A stretch of DNA of 64,000 bases, taken from assembly GCA_009103225.1 (NCBI GenBank), contig RHPI01000560.1, positions 355,465 to 419,464 of the forward strand, given 5' to 3'. The translations under genes were made by a program, and so were the position numbers. Shown in pieces: positions 51,598 to 64,000 of the stretch (within the stretch, counting starts at the first letter, position 1; every line of letters begins with the position of its first letter). This DNA is from Chlorokybus atmophyticus (lineage: Eukaryota; Plantae; Mesostigma and Chlorokybus algae). A model generated the notes under the pieces. It made no database searches and had not been told where the DNA came from. It saw nothing but the letters and a program-made list of their open reading frames with translations.

Positions 51598-53585
51598 GCT
51601 GAGGATGTCGGTGGCACTGAGGGCACACACTCAAATGGTGAGCAAGACGATGATGAAGTACCAACAACTTCAGGCCGTGGACCCCGCAACCAGCTGGAGG
51701 CTGCGTCTCGCAATTGGCTTGGGACCATTGAGCTTCCGGTGGCACTTGAGCAAGCCATTGAGAGAGCAGTTGTTGGTGAGTAGTTGTGGTGTTGTCACCG
51801 TAACTCTTGCCGCACCTTCATCTCGTTGCAGTGATGTCATAAGGCACTTAACACTGACTGTTGTACCAGGTCTTTCATCTCGGCAACTTCGTCAGGAGGC
51901 GCAGCAGCTATCTGCTGCGTTAAGAGTGCCAGACGTTGAAAATGCCAGGTGCTGATTGCCCCCATCACACCTCTAGTTTGGGCCAGCTGAATGCATGACT
52001 GTATGCGGCACTGCACTGCATGCACTACTCGACGAAAGCGTGAGCTTTGCTGTTGACTGCCTTCATACTCGTGTTCTGCACCTTTAAGTCACAATCGGCA
52101 ACTGGAGATCAGTAAACTTACTAATAGCTTTGGTGCTGTGACGTATGCACAACTGCAGTGCACGGACGCCAGTTCAATCGTCAGATCCCACCGTGCAGGC
52201 CGCTTTGGAAGCGTATGCTGCTGGGATTAGAGCACGCAATGGTGGCAGTGGCTTGATGGAGGCGGACTTCATACCAACAGGGGGGTCATCTGGTGCGTGT
52301 CCCATGGCCGCTTGCTTGTTGAACACTCACATGGTCCAAGGGAAAGGTCATGTTTGCAGGCCTCGCTAACACAGTTGGTTTCAATTCTTGGACAGCACCA
52401 AGCCGTACTAAGCGAGGCAGCAAGCGCAAGAAGAAAGAGTTTGCTGACAAAAGACGTCGTTACGATGACACTGAGTCCATGGCCTACGTGGCGGCCAGGG
52501 TACCCGCGACATATGCATCGACACATCGTGTGCTGGAAGAGGTTGCACGCCGTTTGCCACAGTTTCAGCCAAAGAAGGTGCTAGACTTTGGCTCTGGGCC
52601 AGGCACTGTTTTGTGGGCTGCCAAGCAGGTGTGGCCAAGAGGAATGCAAAAGACGGTTGCTGTTGATTCTTCACAAGCCATGAATGTCATCAGCAGTAAA
52701 CTTCTGGAAGGCACTCGCATGGCCAGGAGCTTGCGCCGCGTCAAACAGTTAACTGTGCTTCATGGCCCAACCCAACACAACTGTTACGACCTGGTTGTCG
52801 CATCATATGCACTGGGCGAGTCTAAATCTGAACAGGAGCGGAATGCTTTGGTGCGATCCCTTTGGCAGCGATCTTCGCAGTTGCTGGTCATTGTTGAGCC
52901 TGGCACGCCTGAAGGCTCTGCGGTTGTGCGGAAGGCAAGAGCTTTGATTTTGAAAAACTCCGAAAAGGCACAGAGGCGTGCTAAGCAGCTTGCAAACAGT
53001 GGTGTTGACGACACCACTGTTGTGGACAACAGCCATTTTGCGCATGTAGTTGCTCCCTGCCCACACGATGGCGTGTGCCCAATGGACGGCTCCTCGCAGT
53101 GGTGTCACTTCTCCCAGCGCCTGCAACGAACACGATTGCAGCGCATCACAAAAGCTACCAGCCCCAGCGCAGCTCTTCCTTATGAAAACGAGAAGTATTC
53201 GTATGTTGTTCTAGCCAAAGGGCTAAGGCAGGGCGCTGCTGAACCAGATCTTAGAGAGCTTTTGGTACCATATGCAGATGACACCGATGACACTGGTGCA
53301 GGGGACGCTGCAGATGAAGCTATCTCCAAGGAAAATGACGCTCCCAACACATCTGCGCAAAGCAATCCTATCGCTATCGCTGCAGCTGCTGCTTGGCCAC
53401 GAGTTGTTCGCGAGCCGCAGAAACGCGGTCGACATGTGGTCATCGACCTTTGCACAGCAGAAGCGCAGGGCACGCTGCGTCGCGCAACAGCAACCAAGAG
53501 CAAGTTGGACGCAGAGTACGGTCCGCACGCGTATCGCATGGCTAGGCAGCTACGATGGGGGGATCTCTGGCCGTATGAAACATGA
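51598..53585 (+). CDS. RSM22: Mitoribosome small-subunit assembly factor RSM22/METTL17 (5' exons upstream of 51598 unresolved)
   Basis: YVAARVPATYA..VLDFGSGPGT (SAM motif), DLVVASYAL, LVIVEPGTPEG, VVAPCPHDGVCP..WCHFSQR, EKYSYVVL, WPRVVREPQKRGRHVVIDLC, YRMARQLRWGDLWP. Confidence 0.93.
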
Positions 53586-55096
53586 TGCTGTACAGGCTAG
53601 AACTGTGCGATCACTGAACACTGCTAGTGTGCGGCTGTGCTGCTTCGCGTAGATGATTGTAGTCATGCAATGTGCCACCTGTGTAAAAAAGAGGTTGCTC
53701 AGTGGACTCCCTTACATTGACAACAGTACGTTGTCACTGTATGTCACTACGTTTTTTGTGCACAGCTCAGTTGTTGCTTGCTGTGCTCAACCTGCATGCA
53801 GCTGCCAAGCAATCAGCACGCTATAACTGTGTGCTGTTCACACCTGGTCCATGCTCTATTCCATGTGCGTATTCATGCGTTGCTAGTTTGCACAAGGTGC
53901 ATGAGACGCGCTACCCAACTGCCAGTTCTGATGCATGCAACGCTACGCCTACCAGTGCCTGAACCAGGGTGAGTATGCTTGCACATTGTCTTGACCAACC
54001 TTCAACTGTACACACAGGCACAATGCTGGTCCGCTGAAGACGACTGGCTGCAAAGCAAGCCACTGAATGCGCCGAGTGGTTCGGTCAACTCTGTTGCATC
54101 AACCTGATGTCTCGATGCAAGGTTTCCGCCATGCTGCGCGCATGCACCATCAAATGAACAGAGAGCTCGGCCATGCATATGACCGAGCTCTGTGTTCCCT
54201 ATCCCTCTATTGAGCAAGTGTGTGCTTGGCTGCCCTGTTCAGTGTCCGCAATGCACAGCCTGGTGAGCTGAGGTGAGCTGAGGTGAGCTGATGTGTCCCT
54301 GCTACATGCACCAGCAGCATGCATCGCTGCAACAACGTTGGTTGCAGCGGCCATGCTTGGCATCTTGCATCCAAACCACTCGAGCTTACTGCAGTGGAAG
54401 AGACAATGCAGGCGACACAAACAGAAGGGCTGGGCTACAAGAGCTTTGCCAGTGACGTCAGCTACGACAAACATGACATGGTGAGCTTACCCTTATCACG
54501 ACTAAGCAGCCAACTGATGGACGCTGAAGCTAGCTCTGCTTCCTCGGTTAGTTTCCCCCCCTTCTCCTTGACAAAAGCCAGGAAAGCACGTCCTGCCCAT
54601 GTGTGCCAACTAACGGACCATTGCAACCGAGCTCGAGAGCGGCGGCTTAACCGAGTCACACGCAAAGCAGCGCCATGCATTGGGTTAGTGCGTTTTTCAA
54701 ATGACGCGACGCGACAGCCCGAGGCGGTAGACGCGGTTAGAGTGACTTCAGTCAAGGCGGACGCTGTGACGCATTGGGAGCGAAGTGACTGAGTTGGAGT
54801 AAGGCAGCACAAGCAGCAGCGGCGGAGAGAGTGAGTGTGTATGTGTGTGAGGAGGCGGGACACTGGTGTTGGGTGGGGTAGGGGCGGCGGACAGCTGGGA
54901 GGGTGTTGTCGTGATTGGTAGGGTTGCTGTTTACTGTCAGTGCAAGGCGCAGGGGCTGCCCCTCAGCACACATTCCTCGCTCGCTTGCTTGCGTTATGAC
55001 AGCTGCTGCTCGGCGGCTGCTGCTATTACCACTGCTGCTGCTTCTTTCTGTGAGCTGAAGGAATAGACGCCTGTAGCAGACGCCGCCGGCTCCATC

Positions 55097-58000
55097 ATGA
55101 AGCGTCAGCGGGACGACGGCGGAGGCGGAGCAGCGCCGTCTGTTGCCAAGCGCCCAGCTGGCATAAGGCCAGACAGGTATTACTTCGTCGCTGTTGCTGT
55201 TATTTTACAAGCTCTCGTCAGCATCATCAAGCACTCCGCCTGCAGCTACCGCTACTTCATATCTGCTTGATATGTGCAGTAAACTGTGCTATGGGGACAA
55301 TGGTGGGATTGCTTCGCTTGTGGCAATTTGAGCTTGTGTTCATGCTTGCTTCGCTCCAACACAACAAGCTGCTCATGCCACTGCGCATGCCTGGACACTG
55401 TGCTTGCGCGTGAAATGCTTTCTTAGTGTTGAAAGTTTTCAACGCTGTCAAGCAGTGCCGAAGGCATAGTAGCAAAGCTAGAAACTCCCGCGCCGGCGCC
55501 TCCTCCCGTACAACCTCTTCCCGCTGCTGCTGCTGCAGCTGCTGCTGCCCCTCCTGCTGCACCTGGTGCGACGCCGGAGCGCAAGGAGCGTCTGACGACG
55601 GAAGATGCGCTGTCCTACTTGCGTGAGGTCAAGGAGCGTTTCAAGCACAAGAGAGCAGTCTACGACACCTTCTTGGAAATCATGAAGGAGTTCAAGTCTC
55701 AGCGGTAAGCGTCCATAGCCGTCTTCTGCACTGTGGTCATGACGTTCCCAGCTGTGTCAATGTCTCCTCCCCGTTCTGATGCTGTTGAGGTGTCAGTGCT
55801 TAGAGGTCGCCTTGCTAATCGAGTGGTGGTGTTGGTTGTGAGCCTGTGCTGCGCAAACAAGCTACTCAGACAGTTGTCAATGCAGCGTTCGTTCGTTGTA
55901 TGTAGAGCCACATAGTGCTTATGCTTCATGCCCTGTGTCACAGTGTTGCAAGGTACTGCCAATGCAGCCTCATTTGGTGTGTGTGTTTGTGTGTATGTGT
56001 GTCTCTCTAGTGAATGTGAGAATGTACAGTTGTCAGATACGCTCCACCAGTCAACTACAGCCACTTGCATGCATTGGACATTGGTTACTGGGTGCTGGAA
56101 GTTGACCAACCAGGACCGATGACACGTATACGCTTCATGCTTGTAGGCCTAGGTGGCTGGAGTTTCCTAGATGAATGTACCGCTGTGTGCTTCGCTGATG
56201 GTTTGCGCTACTTTTACAACCTGATGCTCATTTCTGTTTTGTGGTGGATCAGCATCGACACCAATGGCGTCATTGTGCGCGTCAAAGAGCTGTTTCGTGG
56301 CCACAAGGAACTCATTCTGGGGTTCAATACTTTCCTGCCGAAGGGGTACGAGATAGAGGCAGATGACGTTGCAGATGACGTCCCCCAGGAACCACCAGGT
56401 CCTCCGCAACCTAAACCTCCTCCTCCCAAGACGCATGTTGAGTTTGACCAGGCTATCAACTATGTGAACAAAATCAAGGTATTCACACATTCTTCCGTCT
56501 CTCGCATGAATACAGCATGTCATTGCTACCTATAAGCATGCATTGGCTGCGCGCTTGCTTGACAACACCGGCCGCTGCAGCATCGTTTTCAACAAGATGA
56601 AAGAGTTTACAAGGCGTTCTTGGAGATCTTGAACATGTATCGTAAGGGTCTGAAGACCATTGCCAAAGTGTATGAAGAGGTGCGCTCATCAAGTCTTGGT
56701 CTGCGTTGTTGCTATACAATGTCATGCTGTTCTCCTGGTTGTGCTTGCAGCAAACTTGCAATGACGACGTGCAGGTGGCCACCTTGTTCGCTGACCATGC
56801 AGACTTGCTAGAGGAGTTCACCTACTTCTTGCCAGATTCTACGCCACCCGCCACACAGCCCAAGGATCTCGTTGTCGTTGGAGTGCCAAGTCTCAATGCA
56901 ATGCCTCCAGGCAAGAAGGAGACTGGGACGGTAAAGGCCGGACCCAGGCACAGTGCTGGACCTTCAGCGCTTGGCACAAAGGTGCGCGGTCGGCTGTTGC
57001 AGCCGCATGCAGTCCACTCTGGTGCAGCATTGCTCCTGTATTCAATGCGCATGGTCATGCAACTTGCAGGCCAAACCTAGCGGTGAAGCAGAGATCAGGC
57101 GGCCTGGTCACAAGCGCAAGTCTACCAGACGCGCGGATATTGGTCCGCCACCAAAGCCAGCAGCTGAGTCAGAAGGCACAGGCGATCAGGAGGTGCGAGA
57201 GAAAGAGCGCAAAGGCAAGGAGGCAAGGGAGGTCGTCAAAGAAGAAAAAGAGGAGGACATTGACAAGAGTGCAGATATCCCTGCTGATGACAGAAAGCCA
57301 ACCAAAGGTGGCTGAGTTTGCTTGCTGCTAGTTGGCGAAAATGAAAAAACGCTTTCCATCGGTGTTGGCGATAGTCGAGTGCAAGCTATATGTATGCATC
57401 TAGGCACTAACAGTTCGCTCCTGTTGCAGCTGCAAATCTTGCCAAGGAGCTGGCATTCTTTGAGAAAGTCAAGGCGCGATTGCGGAACCGCGACGCCTAC
57501 CAAGAGTTCCTCAAGTGCCTCAATCTGTTCAGTCAGGACATCATTTCGCGAATCGAGTTGCAAGGCCTGGTATGGTTGCACTATGGACACGAACTTACAA
57601 ACCGATGCACTTCATTAGGATACTTGTCCGTCCTGAAGCGTACTGCCCTTGTTTTGACACTATGTGGTTGCAGGCTGGAGACATACTTGGACGGTTTCCG
57701 GAGCTATTGGTTGGATTCAATGAGTTCCTCGCGCGTTGTGAGACAATGGGTGAGTGATGCAAATTGTTCTGTGTCTGAGATCTGCGTCGCGATGTGGTGT
57801 TTGCCGCTGCTTGAGGATGCGTGCGCTTGACACTTGGCTGATTGGTCAGACTTTGAGTTTGGAGATCCCGGCAAGCCCAAAGAGCTACGTGTTGCTGCTG
57901 GCCCACCAAAGGAGATTCCCAAGGTCAAGGTGGGTTCTATGCGGGAAAGGTACCTCAGCCGTCCTGTATCAGAGCTAGACTTGTCAACGGCAGACCGCTG

Positions 58001-61000
58001 CACGCCATCATATCGCCTTCTGCCGAAGAATGTGAGTTGAGCCTTACTGGCTTTTGGTCTGCTGTCGGTCTTCATTGGGAGACCTCAGTATAACTGCTCG
58101 TATTGTGCTGCGCAGTACCCCAAGCTCCGATGCAGCGGTCGGACAAAACTCTGTCATTCTGTGCTCAACGACAGCTGGGTTTCTGTCACTTCCGGTAGCG
58201 AAGAGAACACCTTTAAGAACATGCGCAAGAATCAGTATGAAGAGGCCTTGTTCCGCTGTGAGGACGACAGGTACCAGGATTCGCAACATGCATGTGCAGT
58301 TTACTGTTTGCAGCTTTGACATCCATGTATGCTCTGCAGATATGAGCTTGACATGGTGGTGGAGTCCAATACATCCACGTTGAAGCTGCTGGCTCAATTG
58401 AATGAGCAAATCAACAGCATGACTGCAGATGAGCGTGCAAGCTTTCAAATTGGAGACGCTCTTACCCGTAAGCTGTGTAGCATGTTTGCTTGCCACTATG
58501 CATGTCCATGAAGTTCGGTTTGGTTATTGTTGAAGCCATATGCTCGTCCATGGTTGTGGATTGCATCTCAAATGAGAGTCGTGTTTGGCACTTTGCTTTG
58601 AGCTGTCATCAGTTGAACTGACCATGGCCTACGCAGACAACATTGCAGTACGTAGGCTCTTGGTTTGCCTGCTTGTGTTGAAGCATGACAATTGCTTCCT
58701 GTTGCAGCAATCCACACCCGTTGCATCGAGCGGATCTATGGTGATCACGGCCCCGACATTGTTGAGTTGCTTTTCAAGAACCCCATCGTTGCTATCCCTG
58801 TGATCTTGTCAAGGCTAAAGCAGAAGGATGACGAGTGGAGAACCGTTCGCGGCGACATGAATAAGGTTTGGGGAGAGGTTTATGCCAAGAATTACTACAA
58901 GGCACTAGACCACCGCAGCTTCTACTTCAAGCAAACAGACAAAAAAAGCCTTAGCGCTCGAGGTTGGTTTCGTAGACCTCGTGCTGATTTTCCATACGCT
59001 GCCCAGTGCATGTGCAGCTGCCTCATTGTCACTGAGAGCAATGCTGACGTCAATCGCAGGATTGATTGCGGAGATCAAGGAAGTCAGTGAGCGCAGAAGG
59101 CATGACGAGGACAACTTGCAGAATATTGCGGCAATTGCTGCCAACATGCAAGCCACGACGCCTGATTTGTTGTATGAGTTCCTGGACCCTGCCGTCCATG
59201 AAGACATTTTCCAGATCATTAAGTTCTCCGCTGATGAGATTCTTTCTCAAGAGCAGAGCGAAAAGGTACTGCAGATGTCATGATGTTTACAGTTTCATAT
59301 GTGCCCATGCTACATGCGAGTGTCAGTCAGATCATTGTTTGCACTGTGCATGGAGTTCTGACCATCCCACGCATTGTTGCAGGTGTTGTCGTTTTGGACA
59401 GAGTTTATGGAGGTCTTCTATGGTGTGGACCGAAATGCTGCAGCCGCTAGGAGTGACAGTATACCGGATCAGTCCAATGCTACCCGTGCAGATGCAGCTG
59501 CTTCTACTGGAGCAGCGAATGCCGCTCAAGTCGACGCTGTGCGGGATTCCACAAAGGGCGCAAGCCCTAATGCAGATGCGGGCAAGGTAGGCTCTCCCCG
59601 CCAACAATTGTTGCATGTACAGTGTAATTGCCAGGTGTTTCGCACACTTTTGCGTGGTGGGTTTATGCTTTGGTCTATCTCAGGATCCAGAGGGCCGCAC
59701 TGCAGATGCTGAAATCGCCCGCGCCACAGGTGCGCCATTGTTAGGCCACAGATATAGTTCCTCTTTATACTGTTACCTGTTGCTAGGGTGCACGGCATTG
59801 CCAACAGCTAGACCAGAGGCACATTGCTCTTCGGTAAACAGTGCAGGAAACATATGCGGCATGTTGTGCAGAAGGTACGGAGACAGTGCCGGCTACAGAT
59901 GCAACAGTACCGGATGCTCCCCAGAAGGCAACCACTGATGAGGGCGAAGACTTTTCCGAAGAGGAGAAGAAGATGAAGCTGTGCAAGCCACTCGCACCAT
60001 ACTCTGTACAGGCGGAAGGTGCTGAGGCTCCACTGCACAGCAGCAGCACGCAAGGAGATAGCCACATATTCTACGGACATGATGCCTTTTATCTGCTGTT
60101 CCGATTGCATCAGGTTCGCATTGCCACCTGAGCCACAACTTGTGCATCAATGGCAGCTTTGAGCAGCTGCAGGCTGGTGTGCGGCCTAACGATTGTTTGC
60201 ACGCCAATCTCTCAGACACTATATGAGCGGTTACTGAGCGCGAAGAGTGCCGGCATAGGCATGGACAAAAGAAAACGACCTGCATCGGCGCAACCTGGTG
60301 TTCCACCCAGTCCCCCCACATCATCTTATAACACGTAAAAATGATGTGACCAGCACAAGCTGTAGTTCTGCATAGTTTGTCACTATGACTGATCTTTGTG
60401 CTTGCTGACACAGGTTTAAGCAGTCGCTTTTTAACTTGCTTGATGGAACGACGGAGAACACCAAGTATGAAGATGACTGTCGCACTGTCTTGGGCACAGG
60501 CTCATACATATTGTTCACGCTCGACAAGTTGATTTTTAAGGTTATCAAGCAGGTGAGTGTTCCCATGTGATTGTGCCTCCACTCAAACCTTTAGCTATTT
60601 ACCTTCTGTACCTTCATGGAAGGAATGCGTGTGAAGTTGCCTTGTTGATATGTGACTGTTGCACAGCTGCAAACAGTAGCATCAGATGATTTTGCCGCGA
60701 AGCTCGTTGCACTGTATTGGTATGAAGGTCGGCGGCCCCCTCCATTCCAAGACAGTGTCTACCATGCCAACGCCTGCATCTACTTGCACGACGACTCGTG
60801 CTATCGCTTTGAGCAGGTGCGAAGAGCTGAATTGGTTGACATGAAAGCGCCAATTGCTGTCGCAATAACCGACTGTGTGCCATGCATGGCAAGCAGGTGA
60901 AGCAGCCAGTACCATCAGTCAGAATTACCTTGATGGACAGAGGTCCAGACAAGACAGAAGTGCCGGTCGGTGCACTGGATGAAGCATTCGGCGCTTACCT

Positions 61001-61489
61001 GCGGGTGTTTTTGCACTCGAAGCCTGAGCTAACAGACAAGAGGGTATTTCTATCCAGGTAAGGCGTTTAATTTGACGCTGCCTATGTGAACTTACCCCAG
61101 GATCTCATCACAAGGTCAGTAACGGTCTCCCTGGATGACAGAAATGTACGTAACAAAGAAGGCGAGGTTAGCAGTGGGGCAGTGGAGGTTGTGAATGGAC
61201 TGGAGTGCAAGATATCATGCAACACTTCCAAGGTACGATGCACTTCTGTGGTGCTGTGCATGGATACAGATGTGCATCAAATGCAAGCTCACAAGTGTGT
61301 ATGGTGTTGCAGGTGTCGTATGTTTTGGACACAGAGGACCTGCTTTTCCGCCGCAAGCGTAGGAGTCAGAAACGACAGCAGCAGAGCAATCAGCAACAGT
61401 TGTCCGCTAAGCTGCAGCGCTATCACAAGTGGCTTGGCAGTAGTAGGGGAGGGGCTCCGACAGGAACGCCTACAGGGCGCGTCAATTAG
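55097..61489 (+). CDS. SIN3: SIN3-like (SNL) histone deacetylase co-repressor scaffold
   Basis: MKRQRDD start. PAH1 [30 protein letters not shown]; PAH2 [25 protein letters not shown]; PAH3 [59 protein letters not shown]-terminal domain [12 protein letters not shown] and [25 protein letters not shown]. Confidence 0.97.
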
Positions 61490-61699
61490 GTGAATCGTGG
61501 GAACTGAATGGTCTGCTTCTGTTGGTCTGTGCTGCCCCTACGTAATCAGATGTTGAACTGATCGTCACAGATTGGTACATGGACTGCATTCTCGATTACT
61601 GCTCCATGGCTTTTTGCCATACACAGTGCTGTCTGCAGCATGCATAACGCAGGCTGGGTCATGTTGGGCCAGCGTCTTGCTTCTGTATGCGAACAACAC

Positions 61700-62894
61700 T
61701 GCATAGGCTTTCCAACAATTGCAACACAATGTAAGGCACCAGCAAGCACACCAGCCAGCACACCAACAGGCACACCAGCAAGGACTGAATTACAAGGGCA
61801 AGGGCAAGGCTATGTGCACTAGCTATGTGCGTATGCTGGTGGTGGTGGGCGGAGAGGTGGGGCGGGGCAGTAGCAGCACAGCAGGTGTAAGGCAAGGCAA
61901 GGCAGGGCAGACCTGAGCAACAGCGGGGCTGGTGTCAGCGTAGTTGTAGAAGCGACCAGCAGGTAGCAGCAGCAGCAGCAGGCAAGGGAGGTTAGGCGAG
62001 GGGGTGAGCGGGATGCTGTGTTGTGCTGTGCGTGAGGGGCGCAGCAGGCCGGGCGGCTAGGTTATGGCGTGCTGGTCTTTACAGCCGCTTGTTGTAACAC
62101 CCGCCAGCTGGAGCAGTAGCGATACAATGGCTGGCCCAACGGACACTTTGCTGAGTCAGATGAGACACAGGCATTCTGAGCGACAGCACTTGACATATCA
62201 CGTTAGTGCACTGTCAGCTCAGCAGTCAGTCAATTAGCACAGCAGTCAGCATAGCAGGCAGTCAATCACTTAGCAAGTAGTCAATGGCAACAATTGCAAG
62301 CACTCACAAGCTGACGTCAAATGCATGCATGCGCGGGCAGACACTCTGCTCCCCACACATGCGTAACCACTTACCTCACTTACCTCACTCACCTAGGCTT
62401 CGGACTTGCACTTGTTGGCCACTCGCACGTAGAGCTGCTGGTATGTCATGCCGGCTGGTGCTGGTTCATGCACGTGCAGTAGCTACGTGCATGCAATGCT
62501 ACTAGCCCCGCACCTAGCACAAGACAATACAACACAATACAAGGCAATACCACACAGCACTCTCACAAGCACGCACCCACGCACTGACACCACAAGCCTA
62601 GGAGCTGCATGCAGTTCCAGGCGGCCAAAGGCGATGGGAGTAGGGATTAAGAATCTCCCAAACTACAACCAGGATCCCTCGGCAAAATGCATAGGCTTTC
62701 CAACAATTGCAACACAATGTAAGGCACCAGCCAGCACACCAACAGGCACACCAACAGGCACACCAGCAAGGACTGAACTACAAGGGCAAGGGCAAGGCTA
62801 TGTGCACTAGCTACGTGCGTATGCTGGTGGTGGTGGGCGGAGAGGTGGGGCGGGGCAGTAGCAGCACAGCAGATGTAAGGCAAGGCAAGGTAGG
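61700..62894. repeat. Pair of 207-bp near-identical direct repeats (61700-61906 and 62688-62894)
   Basis: Both copies begin TGCATAGGCTTTCC and contain a 12-bp GCACACCA(A/G)C.. subrepeat. They differ by a handful of substitutions. Confidence 0.9.
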
Positions 62895-63415
62895 CAAGGC
62901 TGCATGATTTGGCTGCTGTTGGTGCGCATAGCTCAGTGCTTGTGTCAGTAGTAGTTGTGTACATAAAATGCAGGGCATGCATGCGCATGCATAACGTGTA
63001 GTTCAGTCAGCACGCAGCAACACATGCAAGGTGTCGTACAATGTATTGCTGCCGTACAGTACACACGGCTGTTGATGCGCTTTGCTTGCAGCTTCATGAG
63101 GTATCGCGCTGTTGTCTGAATTGAAGGTAGCAACCGCAAATTTATCACTTGTGAAGCGTACATGAAATTGCGAGCTACAATTGTGTATGGGATGACGCGT
63201 CATGTGTCCAAAAGAATGACGACGGCATTTGCATGGTTGCTGAGCTACATGCTGATTGAATTGAATACACATGGCTGTCATTGAAAGTTTACAGTACGAG
63301 ACAGACTTGCAAATACATATTTTACACACCAATAAGGGTGCAGCAACCGTGCATGGCCACCAACGCCAGCCTTTTGCGTGTGCGCGGGGCTGCAAACGGA
63401 ACTAACAACCACCAA

Positions 63416-63880
63416 CTACGAGCCACTGTCGTCTTCCGTATCTTCTCCTGATGAGCTGTCTGAGCTGCCGCCTAGCTCATTGAGTTGCGCCCGTAACTGC
63501 TGCTCTCGCGCCTGGTCAAATTGCAGGGCGAATAAACATAGCCCAAGGCCATGACAAGGATAATGCAAATCTGTTGATACTGCATGTACAAACAATGCGC
63601 AACAGAATAACGCATGTGGGGGGAACGCGCAGCCAGTACATTGCTGTTGTGACAGCATGCACACTATTGCGATGGACCATTTAGTTTGCAACACAGTAAC
63701 ACTGACACAGCATACCCTCAACTCGTCCTTTAGAGCTGCGAGCTTTGTTGCATCTGCTTCATCCACCTGCACGCGGAAATAATGAGCGCCCAACCGCGTA
63801 AACGTCACAAAGACCTGAAAATGTTTGGCATAAACAAGCCCTCAGCCCCTCTGTTACCTCAGCAGCCAACTGACTGATGT
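63416..63880 (-). CDS. 3' end of an unidentified gene entering from beyond the window
   Basis: Spliced exons GHPRTDISQLAAE|VFVTFTRLGAHYFRVQVDEADATKLAALKDELR|FDQAREQQLRAQLNELGGSSDSSSGEDTEDDSGS* with GT-AG boundaries. Confidence 0.55.
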
Positions 63881-64000
63881 CGGTGCGTGGGTGCCCATTA
63901 CCAACAGCCTGCCAGGCCAACACAAAGGATATGCTTGCAGTAGAGTGCTCAACACTGGCTTGCAGGGACCAACTTTGTAACATCACAATGCCATGATAAG

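Noticed and set aside
61700-62894. Interpretation of the 207-bp direct repeats as TRIM LTRs
   Set aside because: No shared CA end, TSD, PBS or PPT found, unlike the element at 5144-5533.

Overview
A 64-kb window of a eukaryotic nuclear genome with many GT-AG spliceosomal introns. It looks like a short-read assembly (N gaps, over-long homopolymer and microsatellite runs). The gene sequences are green-plant-like: the SIN3-like protein starts MKRQRDD, the acid phosphatase is plant-type, and telo-box motifs occur. An early-diverging streptophyte or other green alga is my inference. The first ~5.6 kb is a nested cluster of decayed transposons: an intron-containing Plavaka transposase pseudogene, a chromodomain Ty3/Gypsy remnant with its LTR, a PHD-finger retroelement fragment, and a complete 390-bp TRIM with 79-bp LTRs, PBS, PPT and a 5-bp TSD. 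Next come two paralogous genes for a small 10-Cys secreted, probably GPI-anchored protein family that I do not recognise. They are followed by a membrane-anchored purple acid phosphatase, a bacterial/cyanobacterial-type EthD-domain gene with an apparent plastid transit peptide, a coiled-coil/PH gene and a coiled-coil/tandem-C2 gene. The rest is a housekeeping block: RPL23A, PHF5A, mitochondrial bS18, dymeclin, RSM22/METTL17 and a SIN3-like gene. All family assignments come from motif recognition by eye; no database searches were run.
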